Notes under the pieces: model-generated
Told to the model about the DNA's origin: nothing
What the model saw: the letters and a program-made list of their open reading frames with translations, nothing else
Database searches by the model: none
Translations under genes and position numbers: made by a program
Assembly: GCA_003453215.1 (NCBI GenBank)
Contig: DMMB01000069.1
Coordinates: 22,810 to 86,809 of the forward strand
Direction: 5' to 3'
From: Oscillospiraceae bacterium
GTDB lineage: Bacteria > Bacillota > Clostridia > Oscillospirales > Ruminococcaceae
Length of the DNA stretch: 64,000 nucleotides
In this document: in pieces, positions 48,118 through 59,000 of the stretch
Layout of the letters: each line of letters starts with the position of its first letter
How positions within the stretch are numbered: position 1 is the stretch's first letter

Positions 48118-51100
48118 TTTCCTTCTCCGGATAGCCTCCGTCCTATTGGCAGTGCTTCTGCTGCTGCCGATGGGACTCACCGCATGGGCGGCCGAAGCCA
48201 AAACTGTCCGCATTGCCACGGTGGAAGACCTGGTGGAACTGGCCGAGCGCTGCTCCTCCGATTCCTATTCCAAAGGGCTTACCGTTTTGCTCACTGCCGA
48301 TCTTGATCTTTCCGGCACCGAAGTCTCCCTTCCGGTTTTCCTTGGCACCTTCGATGGGGACGATCATACCATCCGCGGTCTGCGGCTGCAGGGCAGCAAT
48401 TCCATCTATGGCCTGTTCAGCCTGCTGCAAAGCACCGCCGTTGTGAAAAACCTCCATGTGGAAGGGGAAATAACCACCTCCGGCACGCAAAGTTCCATTG
48501 GCGGCATCGCCGGGCAAAACTTCGGCCGCATTGAAAATTGCACCTTCTCCGGCGCCGTCATTGCCAATAGTTCCGTCGGCGGCATCGTCGGGCAGAACGG
48601 TTCCGGCGGCGTTCTGGTGGATTGTTCCGTTTCCGGCGCGGTCTGCGGCGCTTCCTTTACCGGCGGCATTGCCGGCCAGAATGCCGGTACCCTGCTGCGC
48701 TGCTCCTCCGCTGCGGCGGTCAATACCGCTGTGGAAGAAAACTCCGTCACCCCCGCTGGTATGGAAAGCACCCTCTACAGCCTGCTGAAACGCCAGCAAG
48801 TTACCGAAACTGCCGTCGCCTCCGATACCGGCGGTATCACCGGTTTTTCCACCGGCATTATCCAAAGCTGCACCAATACCGGTGCGGTTGGCTACCCCCA
48901 CGTGGGCTACAATATCGGCGGCATTGCCGGCCGCCAGAATGGCTACATGGCCAGCTGTGTCAATCATGGCACCGTTCAGGGCCGCAAAGATGTCGGCGGT
49001 ATCGTAGGGCAGATGGCCCCCGATATTACCATGCAGTATTCCTCCGGCGGCATTGATGAACTGCAGACGGAGCTGAACAAGCTGCAGTCCCTCATCGATG
49101 GCACCCTTAATGATGCCCAGTCAGCCTCCGATACCGTCTCCGGCCGCATCAGCCGCATTTCCAATTACGCCGATAGCGCCCGGCAGAACGCTCACTCCCT
49201 CACCGGGCAGTTGGGGGATTTTGCCGACAGCAATATTGAAACCGCCAATAATCTCCTGCTCCTTGCGGAACGCTACATTGCCAAGGCCGCTCCCATCCTG
49301 GATGACCTGGCCGATGCCAGCGATCACATGGCCTCCGCTGCCGATGAAATGCAAACCCTGCTCAATCAGCTGCAGGCCATGAGCGGCGATGTCGATCAGG
49401 TTCTGGAAAATCTCCAGAGCTTTGCCGATGAGATGCAGCAGGCCTGCACCGATATGGCCGATGGCGCTGCCCAGTTGGGGGAAGCCTTCCGCCTGCTGGG
49501 AGAACTGCCGGATGACTTCCCCGATACCACCCAGCTGGATGCCGACCTGGCCAATTTCGTTTCCGCACTTTCCACCCTCAATAAGACCATTCAAAAGGCC
49601 ATGGATGAGTACGAAGAAAGCGGCTCCGTCAGCAGCGAAACCCAGGAGCAGCTCAAAGCCGATCTCTGCGCGGCCTTCGATTGCTGGAGCAACGTCATCG
49701 ATGATCTTGATGAAATCCTGCAAAATACCGATTTCGGCGCCCTGCGGGATCAAACGCTGGAAACTCTTAAAAAAGTAGCCAACTGCCTGCAGTCTGCCGC
49801 CTCCAGCTTCTCCTCTGCGGCTTCCCACACCGGCAATGCCATGGATCACCTGCGGCAGGCACTGGAAATCCTTCGCTCTATGGAAGGGCAAACCGATGAG
49901 GTACTGGATCAAATGGACGTCGTACTGGAAGAACTGGAACAGGCGTCTGCTTCCCTTTCCTCCGGCCTGAAAAATGCCGCTCAGTGGGCCCGGGATCTTT
50001 CCCAGGAAGAGCCCGGCCGTTTCTCCGGCCTTGGTTCGGATTTCGATAGCAGCTCCGATTCCCTCAATGCCTCCCTCAGCGGTCTGGGCAATGAACTTTC
50101 TGCCCTGAATACCGAACTTTCCTCCTCCAATACGACCCTCATTACCGATTTGCGCGCTGTCAATAATCAGTTCATGAAGGTGATGAACCTTTTCCTTAAC
50201 CTGCTGAATGACACTCAAAACGTCGATTACAGCGAAGTATTCGAAGACGTCTCGGATCAAAGCCTGCAAAGTGCCACCCGCGGCAAAGCATTGGAGTGTC
50301 TCAATTACGGTTCCGTCAATGGCGATCGCAATACCGGCGGCATTGCGGGTTCCATGGCCATCGAATACGATACCGACCCGGAAGATGATCTTCTTTCCGG
50401 CGATGGCAGCAGCCTGCGCTTTACCTATCAAACCCGGGCCATTCTCATGTCCTGTGAAAACTACGGCACCGTAGAAGCCAAAAAGAGCTGTGCCGGCGGC
50501 ATTGTCGGCCGCATGGATCTGGGCACCGTATACGGCTGCGGCGGCTGGGGCAATACCTCCAGCGAAAGCGGCGATTACGTCGGCGGCGTAGCGGGGCTTT
50601 CCATTTCCTCCATTCGCCAAAGCTATGCCAAATGCACCCTCTCCGGCGGAAAATATGTGGGCGGAATTGCCGGCAGCGGCAGCCGCATTACCGGCTGCTA
50701 CGCCATGCCGCGTATTACGGCCTATACCCAGCTGGGCGGCGCCATTGCTGGCGAAGCCACCGGCACCTGCAGCGGTAACTACTTTGTTTCCGATACTCTG
50801 GCCGGCGTCGATCGCATCAGTTACAGCGGCCAGGCTGAACCCCTGACCTATGAAGCGCTTTGCGCCATCTCCTCCCTGCCGGAAAATTTCCGCCGTCTTA
50901 CTCTCACCTTTGTGGCCGATGGCGATATCCGCTCGCAGCAGGATTTTGCCTATGGTGCTTCCTTTGGTTCGGAGGTCTTCCCTCGTGCTCCCTATCATTC
51001 CGGTAATTACTCGGTCTGGGATCAAACCGATCTGACCGATCTGCGTTTCGATACCGTCGTTACCGCCGTCTATCACCCTTACGTCACTACGCTTTCCTCC

Positions 51101-51559
51101 GATGTTCTGCGGCAGGGCAAGGCCATTCTGATGGTCGAAGGGGAATTCAAGGAAGGTGATGCCCTGCAAACGGGCGCCATCGCCGCACCGGAAGAACTTT
51201 CCAATGACGAAGTCCTTGAGGCCTGGTCCGTCACCATCCCCGAAGATATGGTATTCAGCCACACCGTCCACTGGCTCATGCCGGAAGAAAACGGTCACTA
51301 TGCGGTGTATGTGCATCAGGGCGGTCAGTGGGTGCGCACCAAAGCCGAAACCTTTGGCAGTTACCTCTGCTTCAATATGTCTGGCACCGGCGAATTTGCC
51401 GTTACTCCGGCACCCGGCCTGCCGGGCTGGGTCTGGGCTGCCGGAGTCGGCACGCTGGCCCTCGTTGTCGGGTTGGTCTTGGCCTTTGGCCGCCGCAAAA
51501 AATCCTCCCAGCCCGCTCCGTCCGCAGCAGCGGAGTCATCCGGCTCCCCGTCCGAATAA
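48104..51559 (+). CDS. Large secreted, C-terminally anchored GLUG-repeat protein with central coiled-coil
   Basis: Signal peptide (AWA), many (V/I/T)GGI(A/V)G repeats, ~400-aa heptad region, C-term TM + RRKK. Confidence 0.85.
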   Translation: MKKNNFLLRIASVLLAVLLLLPMGLTAWAAEAKTVRIATVEDLVELAERCSSDSYSKGLTVLLTADLDLSGTEVSLPVFLGTFDGDDHTIRGLRLQGSNSIYGLFSLLQSTAVVKNLHVEGEITTSGTQSSIGGIAGQNFGRIENCTFSGAVIANSSVGGIVGQNGSGGVLVDCSVSGAVCGASFTGGIAGQNAGTLLRCSSAAAVNTAVEENSVTPAGMESTLYSLLKRQQVTETAVASDTGGITGFSTGIIQSCTNTGAVGYPHVGYNIGGIAGRQNGYMASCVNHGTVQGRKDVGGIVGQMAPDITMQYSSGGIDELQTELNKLQSLIDGTLNDAQSASDTVSGRISRISNYADSARQNAHSLTGQLGDFADSNIETANNLLLLAERYIAKAAPILDDLADASDHMASAADEMQTLLNQLQAMSGDVDQVLENLQSFADEMQQACTDMADGAAQLGEAFRLLGELPDDFPDTTQLDADLANFVSALSTLNKTIQKAMDEYEESGSVSSETQEQLKADLCAAFDCWSNVIDDLDEILQNTDFGALRDQTLETLKKVANCLQSAASSFSSAASHTGNAMDHLRQALEILRSMEGQTDEVLDQMDVVLEELEQASASLSSGLKNAAQWARDLSQEEPGRFSGLGSDFDSSSDSLNASLSGLGNELSALNTELSSSNTTLITDLRAVNNQFMKVMNLFLNLLNDTQNVDYSEVFEDVSDQSLQSATRGKALECLNYGSVNGDRNTGGIAGSMAIEYDTDPEDDLLSGDGSSLRFTYQTRAILMSCENYGTVEAKKSCAGGIVGRMDLGTVYGCGGWGNTSSESGDYVGGVAGLSISSIRQSYAKCTLSGGKYVGGIAGSGSRITGCYAMPRITAYTQLGGAIAGEATGTCSGNYFVSDTLAGVDRISYSGQAEPLTYEALCAISSLPENFRRLTLTFVADGDIRSQQDFAYGASFGSEVFPRAPYHSGNYSVWDQTDLTDLRFDTVVTAVYHPYVTTLSSDVLRQGKAILMVEGEFKEGDALQTGAIAAPEELSNDEVLEAWSVTIPEDMVFSHTVHWLMPEENGHYAVYVHQGGQWVRTKAETFGSYLCFNMSGTGEFAVTPAPGLPGWVWAAGVGTLALVVGLVLAFGRRKKSSQPAPSAAAESSGSPSE

Positions 51560-51591
51560 AAAAAGCCGTCCCACTTTGGGGCGGCTTTTTT
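51558..51591. terminator. Rho-independent terminator
   Basis: AAAAAAGCCGTCCCA..TGGGGCGGCTTTTTT. Confidence 0.8.
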
Positions 51592-51694
51592 CTGCCCCTT
51601 CGGGGCTTAACCCGGCATTCCCGGCCCAAATGCAAAAGCGCCGCCCCGCTTTTCGGGACAGCGCTTTTTGTTTTTCTATCTTGGTTTTGGGAAC

Positions 51695-53152
51695 TTAGCC
51701 CAGCTTCTCCAGTGCGGTATGCAGCCGATTCAGGGTCTCTTCGCGGCCCAGCACCACGGCCAGTTCTATGCCGCCGCCGGGGGTAAACTGCTTGCCGGAA
51801 ACGGCCACGCGCAGGGGGTACAGCAGCCAGCCGTTCTTCACGCCCAGCTTCTCTATCTCCGCAAAGAGCGCCGCATGGATTGCCTCAGCATTCCACTCCG
51901 GCAGATTTTCCAGAATAGGCAGCACCACCGACAGGGCCTCTTTGGAGGTCTCGGGGTTGGTCTTCATCTTTTTGCTGGTATACAGTTCAATGTCATAGTC
52001 CGGCAGCGCGTCAATAAAGTCCACCTGCTCCGGAATATCGCTCAGGGCCTCGCAGCGGGTCTGCAGTACGGTGCACAGCTCCCGCAGGTCGGCCGTCTCG
52101 CTCTTTACCGTCCGGCGGATCCAGGGCAGCGCCTTCTCGTAGAACTCCTCGGGGGAAAGCTTCCGGATATACTCGCCATTGATATAGCGCAGCTTCTGAA
52201 TATCAAAGATGGCCGGGCTCTTGGTGATGCCGGAAATGTCAAAGACCTTTACCAGCTCCTCCAGCGAGAAAATCTCCTGGTCGCCCTTGGGGCTCCAGCC
52301 CAGCAGGGCAATGTAGTTCAGGATGGCCGGGGTCAGGTAGCCCATCTGTACCAGATCCTCATAGGAAGCATCGCCATGCCGTTTGGAAAGCTTATGGGTC
52401 GCGTCACGCATTACCGGCGCGCAGTGAATGTATTTCGGAATTTCCCAGCCAAAGGCCTCATACAGCAAGTTGTATTTGGGGGTGGAAGAAAGATACTCAT
52501 TGCCGCGGATGACATGGGTAATGCCCATGGTATGGTCATCTACTACATTGGCAAAGTTGTAGGTGGGCATTCCGTCGCCCTTGATAAGGATCTGGTCATC
52601 CAGCGTGCTGCAGTCCACCGTCACATCCCCGTATACCTCATCGTGGAATGTCACGGTTCCCTCGGTAGGCACCTTCTGGCGAATGACATAGGGAACGCCG
52701 GCCGCCAGCTTTTCGGCCACCTCTTCCTTAGAAAGGTTGCGGCAGTGCCCATCGTAACGGGGCGCCATGCCGGAAGCTTCCTGCACCTTACGGACTTCCT
52801 CCAGCCGCTCTTTATCGCAGAAGCAGTAGTACGCATGGCCGCTTTCCACCAGCTGCTCCGCGTATTTTTTAAACATTCCCATCCGCTGACTCTGGATATA
52901 GGGGCCCACCGGACCGCCAATATCGGGGCCTTCATCCCACAGCAGGCCGGTCTCTTTCAGGGTCTTGTAGATAATTTCTACCGCCCCTTCTACCTGACGT
53001 TCCTGGTCAGTATCCTCTATCCGCAGCAAAAAGCGGCCATTGTTGCTCTTGGCCACCAGATAAGCAAACAGTGCCGTCCGCAGGTTGCCTACGTGCATAT
53101 AGCCCGTAGGGCTGGGCGCAAAACGGGTGCGTACATGGTCGAACTGGAACAT
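51695..53152 (-). CDS. gltX: Glutamate--tRNA ligase
   Basis: [27 protein letters not shown]. Confidence 0.97.
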   Translation of the reverse strand: MFQFDHVRTRFAPSPTGYMHVGNLRTALFAYLVAKSNNGRFLLRIEDTDQERQVEGAVEIIYKTLKETGLLWDEGPDIGGPVGPYIQSQRMGMFKKYAEQLVESGHAYYCFCDKERLEEVRKVQEASGMAPRYDGHCRNLSKEEVAEKLAAGVPYVIRQKVPTEGTVTFHDEVYGDVTVDCSTLDDQILIKGDGMPTYNFANVVDDHTMGITHVIRGNEYLSSTPKYNLLYEAFGWEIPKYIHCAPVMRDATHKLSKRHGDASYEDLVQMGYLTPAILNYIALLGWSPKGDQEIFSLEELVKVFDISGITKSPAIFDIQKLRYINGEYIRKLSPEEFYEKALPWIRRTVKSETADLRELCTVLQTRCEALSDIPEQVDFIDALPDYDIELYTSKKMKTNPETSKEALSVVLPILENLPEWNAEAIHAALFAEIEKLGVKNGWLLYPLRVAVSGKQFTPGGGIELAVVLGREETLNRLHTALEKLG

Positions 53153-53419
53153 AATGCATCTTCCTTTATTTTTAAAATATCGAATAGGTTTTGACCTATA
53201 TTTTTACTAATATATACTACCGCCAACAGGGGGGTACTGTCAAGGGAAAACTACAGCGGTGCAGCAGCATCTATTCGGGAATTTTGAGGGCCCCTATTAC
53301 AGCATGCACTCAGCAGAACCCCAAATCCCCGATGCCCATCGGGCGCAGCCTTCGCGCTCCCTTTCTTCCCCCAATATACCAAAGCAGCCCCGGCCTACGC
53401 GGCGGAGCTGCCTGTTTTT

Positions 53420-54454
53420 TTACCACTTGTTGTATACTTTTTCGGCAAAGCCCAGCAGGTTCTCAATCTTCAGCACCGTACCATCTTCCAGGGTGGCCGT
53501 CCCATTAAAGTAGCCAAAGACCTGATGCTGATCGCTGCAGATGATCCCCACATTGGTGCAGCTGGCGCGGTCCAGCACCGGGGTAAAGTCCATTTCAAAT
53601 CGCCCATCGCTGCTGGTAAAACGCCACGGGCTCATAAAGTCATCTTTGCCGTCCTTCTGCGGGATTTGGAAAACCAGCTGTTCCAGCTTGTGCGCCGTTC
53701 CATCGTAGAACAGCATATTTTCGCTGGCGGCGCTGGTATCGCCAAAGCCATACCCAATATTAAACCCAAACGGCTTGCCCTGAACCGTGGCATTGCCGCT
53801 GCCCCAGTACCAGGTGTTTTTGTAGGTCCATACGCCGCGGCCCCAGTCCAGGGTGGCATAGCTTTCCTCCGGGGTAAATTCAATCACCTGTCCATCAAAT
53901 TCCACGCGGCCGGCGGCTTTCATGCAGTTGATTTTCTGGTTATAGTAAAAAGCCTTTTTGTCCTCCGCGAAGGGGGTCACAATCACCATGGAGTCCTTCG
54001 GTTCTTCCGTCAGGGTAAATTCCGCCGTAATCGGCTTTTTCTCCATAAAGTTCTGCACCCAGGCCGTCAGCTTCCGGGTGCCATCCGGCAGCACCTTAAA
54101 GCAGAAATCGGCGTTTTTGCGCTTCACCGCCACGTCCCCTTTGGCACTGGTAGCAGGGAAGCCCGTCTTGCCCCCGGGGAACGGATAGATGATATTGCAG
54201 GTATGCTCCCACGGCCGGCTAAAATCCAGCAGCGAGAAACCCAGCAACCCCATGTAGCTGTTGTCATCAATGGTCAGCGCCACACCCCACCGTCCGTTCA
54301 TCATCAGGTAGTAATCCCATTCCTTAATGCGGTGGGCCGCCGCCTTAATGGCCCGGCGGTCGTATGCCTTAATCAAGTGGCGGGCATAGCCTGCCTCGTG
54401 CAGTTCGCCCCGCTCATTCAGCAGCGGGCCGGGTTTGGTCAGTTCTTTCTGCAT
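53420..54454 (-). CDS. DUF2804 family protein
   Basis: RIKEWDYY, FYYNQK, LDWGRGVW, GFNIGYGF, QHQVFG. Confidence 0.85.
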   Translation of the reverse strand: MQKELTKPGPLLNERGELHEAGYARHLIKAYDRRAIKAAAHRIKEWDYYLMMNGRWGVALTIDDNSYMGLLGFSLLDFSRPWEHTCNIIYPFPGGKTGFPATSAKGDVAVKRKNADFCFKVLPDGTRKLTAWVQNFMEKKPITAEFTLTEEPKDSMVIVTPFAEDKKAFYYNQKINCMKAAGRVEFDGQVIEFTPEESYATLDWGRGVWTYKNTWYWGSGNATVQGKPFGFNIGYGFGDTSAASENMLFYDGTAHKLEQLVFQIPQKDGKDDFMSPWRFTSSDGRFEMDFTPVLDRASCTNVGIICSDQHQVFGYFNGTATLEDGTVLKIENLLGFAEKVYNKW

Positions 54455-54495
54455 GGGGTGCCTCCTTTTTTTGTCACAGGTTGAACGCGAACAAA

Positions 54496-54511
54496 TGTTT
54501 CACGTGAAACA
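54496..54511. other. parS: parS centromere-like site (ParB/Spo0J binding)
   Basis: Exact TGTTTCACGTGAAACA palindrome in an intergenic region. Confidence 0.92.
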
Positions 54512-54573
54512 TTTCAGAATTCTACCGGAGGGAGAAAAGGGGCGCCTTTCCGGCGCCCCGCGGGCCTTGTCTT

Positions 54574-54774
54574 TTAGGCTTTGGCGGCCGCTACATTCAG
54601 GGCCTCCATCAGGGCGGGCACATCAATGCCATGGGCCAGGGCACCCTGTTCGATGTTCTCGAAGTGGGCCGCTGCGCAGCCAATGCAGCCCATGCCGAAG
54701 CGCTGCAGCACCTCTACGGTAGCAGGATATTTCTGTACGATCTCCATAATGCCCATATCTTTGGTAATCAGCAT
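54574..54774 (-). CDS. DUF1858 domain protein
   Basis: ITKDM.I.EIV..YP...GMGCIGC...E.IEQGA.AHGID. Confidence 0.9.
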   Translation of the reverse strand: MLITKDMGIMEIVQKYPATVEVLQRFGMGCIGCAAAHFENIEQGALAHGIDVPALMEALNVAAAKA

Positions 54775-54974
54775 AATTATTATCTCCTTGCCATTAAACT
54801 TTCAGGGGAAACTCCTTTTTCTTAGTATAGTTCCTTTTTTCTCATTTGTAAACAGAATACGAACTTTTTTGCAAAGGACTTCTTTCCCCTGGCCCATTCA
54901 TTGACAAGCGCCGCCGCCATGGTGTAAAATAATGCGGAACAAAGCCCCTTTCAGCGGGGCAATTTAACAGATGT

Positions 54975-55889
54975 ATGAGGAACATTATGAAAACGACAAC
55001 ACGTCTGCTGGCTCTGCTGCTGGCACTTTGCATGGTATTTGCCTTTGCGGCCTGCGGCAAAGACCCTGTTACCCCGGATCCAAGTGACCCCACCACCCCC
55101 ACCGATCCTACCGATCCCAATAACCCCACCCCCGATGAACCCTCCAAAGAGGAGATTCTGAAGGAGCTGCAAAAGACCATGCTGGAAAATACGCTGGCCA
55201 TGCAGCAGAAGAATAAGGATACCATCGGCTGGCTGTACATTGGTGATACCACCATCAATGACGTTGTGGTAAAGGTAAACTATAACGATGATAACAAGTA
55301 TTATCTGCGCCGCAATGCCAATGGCGAAAATGATAACGACGGCTGCTACTACGCCGATTTCCGCTGCAAGAGCGGCAACCGCAGCACCCTTTCCAAAAAT
55401 ACCGTCATCTACGGCCACAATCTGGGCCGGGCCGAAAACGCCCTGCTGACCGATTATGAGAACCATGCCAATGGTCCCAAGTTTGCCCAGCTGCTGAAGT
55501 ACCAGGACGAAGAATTTGCCAAGAACCACCCCTATATCTATTATTCCACCATCGAAGAGGATATGGTATGGCAGGTATTTGCCGTATTCTATACCCCCAT
55601 CAGCTTTGATTACATCAACCCGGATCCGGCGGATGCCACCTTTACCAGCCTCATCAAAAAGGCACAGGATCTTTCCTTCTACGATTACGATGTAGACGTC
55701 ACCAGCAACGATAAGATCCTTACCCTTTCCACCTGCACCTACCGCCTGGCCGATGATACCAAGCTGCACTATCCCAATGATTACCGCTATGTTGTGATGG
55801 CAAAGCTGCTGCCGGCCGATGCAGTGTTGGAAGATACCGTTTCCCTTACCGTAACCAAGAACGCCCCGGTAAAGCCGGCTGGCGAATAA
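54975..55889 (+). CDS. Class B sortase with lipoprotein signal (start may be 54987)
   Basis: N.DTIGWLYI, YYLRR, NTVIYGHN, WQVFAV, ILTLSTC, RYVV; FAAC lipobox. Confidence 0.88.
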   Translation: MRNIMKTTTRLLALLLALCMVFAFAACGKDPVTPDPSDPTTPTDPTDPNNPTPDEPSKEEILKELQKTMLENTLAMQQKNKDTIGWLYIGDTTINDVVVKVNYNDDNKYYLRRNANGENDNDGCYYADFRCKSGNRSTLSKNTVIYGHNLGRAENALLTDYENHANGPKFAQLLKYQDEEFAKNHPYIYYSTIEEDMVWQVFAVFYTPISFDYINPDPADATFTSLIKKAQDLSFYDYDVDVTSNDKILTLSTCTYRLADDTKLHYPNDYRYVVMAKLLPADAVLEDTVSLTVTKNAPVKPAGE

Positions 55890-56075
55890 TAAAGCCCCCC
55901 CGCTCCGCTCCCTTTCCCCTCTGGAAAGGGAGCGTTCTTTTTTCCTCCCCTTTGGCATTAAAAATAGCATAAAACAAGTCCCTTCCCATAAGCAATGGAA
56001 AGGGACTTGTGATCGCCGGAAAAAGAAGAAAGACACATAGAGGAGGGAAAGAAAACCGGCGGAGATAAAAGCAAT

Positions 56076-59000
56076 TTATTTTGAACGGGAGAAAAGCCGT
56101 TTCCACCAGGGCTGCGGAGCCGGCAGGTAGCCGTTCTTAATATAATAGCGCAGGTAGCTTTGCAGCAGCGCCGCATTTACCGGCGGGCAGGTAATGCCGC
56201 TGCCGGCCAGCAGGCGGTCGGTATTAGCGGTGGAAAACTGTGCCTGATGTGCGCCAAAGCGGGCAATCATATCTTCGCCGGCCGAACGCTGATCGGTAAA
56301 CAGGCAGGAGAGGATCCGCAGCACGTTTTCTTCGCTGGTGGTCGCGGTCAGTCGCTCACACCATTCCCCATAGGGCAGCCGTTCCAGCGGGTAGCCTGCT
56401 TTTTTTATCAGGGCGGTCATCTGCTGCAGCGGCATCAGCCGGTGATTGAGCAGATTAAAGGCGTGTCCGCAGCAAAGGCTCTGGAACGAGATATACACCA
56501 GGGCATCGGCTACATAATCCACCGGGGTCAGGTGCAGATTTACCTCCACATCGGGGGCTGCGCCCAGCTGTACACATCCCACCAGCGAGCGGCTGATGAG
56601 GTCTTCCAGCTTCCAGATACCGGTGGAAAGGGTGCCGGTAATATCGCCGGGGCGGTAAACGGCCGCTCGCAGGCCGCGCTGCCGGGCCAGTCCTACCAGT
56701 TTTTCGGCCACCCACTTGGTCTCGGAATAGCCCAGGAAATACCCATCGGGGGACTCCAGCGGATCATCCTCCATCACGGTACGGTCAAAGTGGCTGGGGT
56801 TATCGTATACACTGTAGCTGGAAACATAGTGGAAATACTTCGGTTTGCCTTCGCAGGCCAGCCGCAGGCACTCGGTGGTTCCCAGTACATTGTCGGGTTT
56901 CATCTGCCGGTAGGGGAATACAAAGTTGAGGACCGCGCCATTGTGGTAAATAGCATCCACTTCTTTGCTCATCTGGTTCCAGTCCGCTTCGCTCATGCCC
57001 AAATGCGGCTGTGTCAAATCGCCCGGGACCGCATGGAGGTAGGCCAGATAACGATCCTGCCAGCACTGGAAGCGCTTCATATTATCGATCACACGTCCCA
57101 GCGCCTTTTCCGGGGTGGCGGCGCGGGCATGGCAATAGATTTGAATGCCCTTTTCGCCGCGCTGCTCAATCAGTGCGCGGATGAGATAAGCGCCCAAAAA
57201 CCCGGTAGAACCGGTGAGGAATACCGTCCGGCAGTCCTCCGGCCGGTTGGTATACTCTCCCTGCGGGGCAATTTCCTCCGGCAGGACACATTCCGCCCGC
57301 AGATCGGGCTGGAATTCCTTTTCCCGGCCGGCCAGCAGGGCGCTGAGATAATTGGAAATGCCGGAAACGGTGGGTTCCGCCGCAATGCAGCGAATATCGA
57401 TATTGACGCCGAGATCATGTTCCAGGTCACAGACCAGTTCCATCATGCGCAGGGAATCGCCGCCCAGCTCCAGGAAGCTGTCCTCCGGGCCAAATGTTAC
57501 CCCTGGCAGCACCTCCCGGAAAATCCCGGTGATGATGGGTTGGATCTGTTCCGGGGTGGCATCGGGCGGCAGCGTAACCTTTTGGCGCGGGGCCGGTTCG
57601 CTCTTCTTGGCGGAGGCTGCAGCAGTGCCTTGGCGGCGGCTGCTGTACAGTACCGGCAGCTCGCCGGCTTCATACATGGCGCGGGTCGCCAGGGTTTTAA
57701 TCTTGCGGTTATCGGTGCAGGGCAGGGTGCCGGATGGCACAAATACAATATCCCGGAACGAAAAATCGAAGTTGCGGGCGGTCAGGCGGTTTACTTCGGC
57801 TGCCACCGCGGCAAAATCCGCACCGGGGGCACATTCCGCACACAGGACAGGGCATTCGCCCTCCACGGCCTGCACCGAAAATACCGCCATGGCATCGGCC
57901 GGGAGCGGAACGCCCTCCTGCCGCAGCAGCAGGGTAATATCCCCGGGGAAAATATTTTTGCCGCTGATGATAATCATTTCCTTGATGCGGCCGGTGAGGT
58001 AAAGCAGCCCTTCATACACCACACCCATATCGCCGGTGCGGTAGAACTGCCCCCCGTAGCCGGGAATGACGGTTTGGAACCGCTTGGTTTCCTCCGGGTT
58101 CTGCCAGTAGCCGGCGCATACACTGCTGCCCTGGATGCAGATTTCTCCAATCTCGCCGGGCTCGCAGGGGGTGCCATCGGGCCGGATGGCCACCAGTACC
58201 ATATCCCCTGCAGGACGGCCCACGCTCACAATGGCCTTCTCCCCCTCCGGCGCCGGGAGGAATCGTCCCTCCCGGTAGGCTTCCAGATCGATATGCTGGC
58301 AGCGGTAATCCCGGCTGGCCAGCGTGCCAACGCAGACACACTCCGAAAGGCCATAGCCCGGTGCAAAGCAATCGGGGGTAATACCAAACAGCGCACAGAA
58401 TTTTTCCACGGTCGCAGCATTTACAAATTCGGAACCATTAATCAGATGGGTCACGTGGGAAAGATCGTATTTTTTGGCTTCCTCCGGCGTAATCAGCCGG
58501 GTGCAGACCTCATAGGCGGAATTGGGCGCGGCGGTGATGTTCACCTTGTAATCGGAAAGCACCCGCAGCCACACCGTAGGCCGGGCCAAAAACTGCAGCG
58601 TAGGGATAAAATAAGAAACGCCGGTATCAGCAATAACGGGTAGGAAGATGGCTACAATCAGGCCGATATTGTGATAAAACGGCACCCAGGAAGCCAGGTT
58701 ATTGCTGGTGTGCTGAAAATCGAAGATTTCCAAGCACTGGCCAATGCAGCCCATCAGGTTGCCATAGGTCACCATAACGCCCTTGGGCGCGCTGGTGGAA
58801 CCGGAGGTGTACTGCAGGTACAGAAGATCCTCCGCCTTATGGGGCGTTACTTCCCCGGTCGGCGCCGGTTTTACCTGGTCGGTGTACACCCGCTTGAGGG
58901 TCACTACGTTAAGGAACGCTTTTTTGAGCAGCGGGCCGGTCACATTGGTTTCCGCCTCCCGTTCCATTCCGGCATTAGAGATCAGAAAACGGGGTTTGCT

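Noticed and set aside
51400..51510. GLUG protein C-terminus as substrate of the nearby class B sortase
   Set aside because: LPGWV is not an LPxTG/NPQTN/(S/P)PxTG-like motif; it looks like a plain TM anchor.
55060..55145. Short tandem-like repeats in sortase and SBP genes as CRISPR/VNTR
   Set aside because: They encode Pro/Thr/Asp linkers, are imperfect and have no spacer structure.
55890..56075. Multiple hairpins as ncRNA or REP elements (also 51560-51670)
   Set aside because: Explained as terminators of convergent genes; sequences are not repeated elsewhere in the window.
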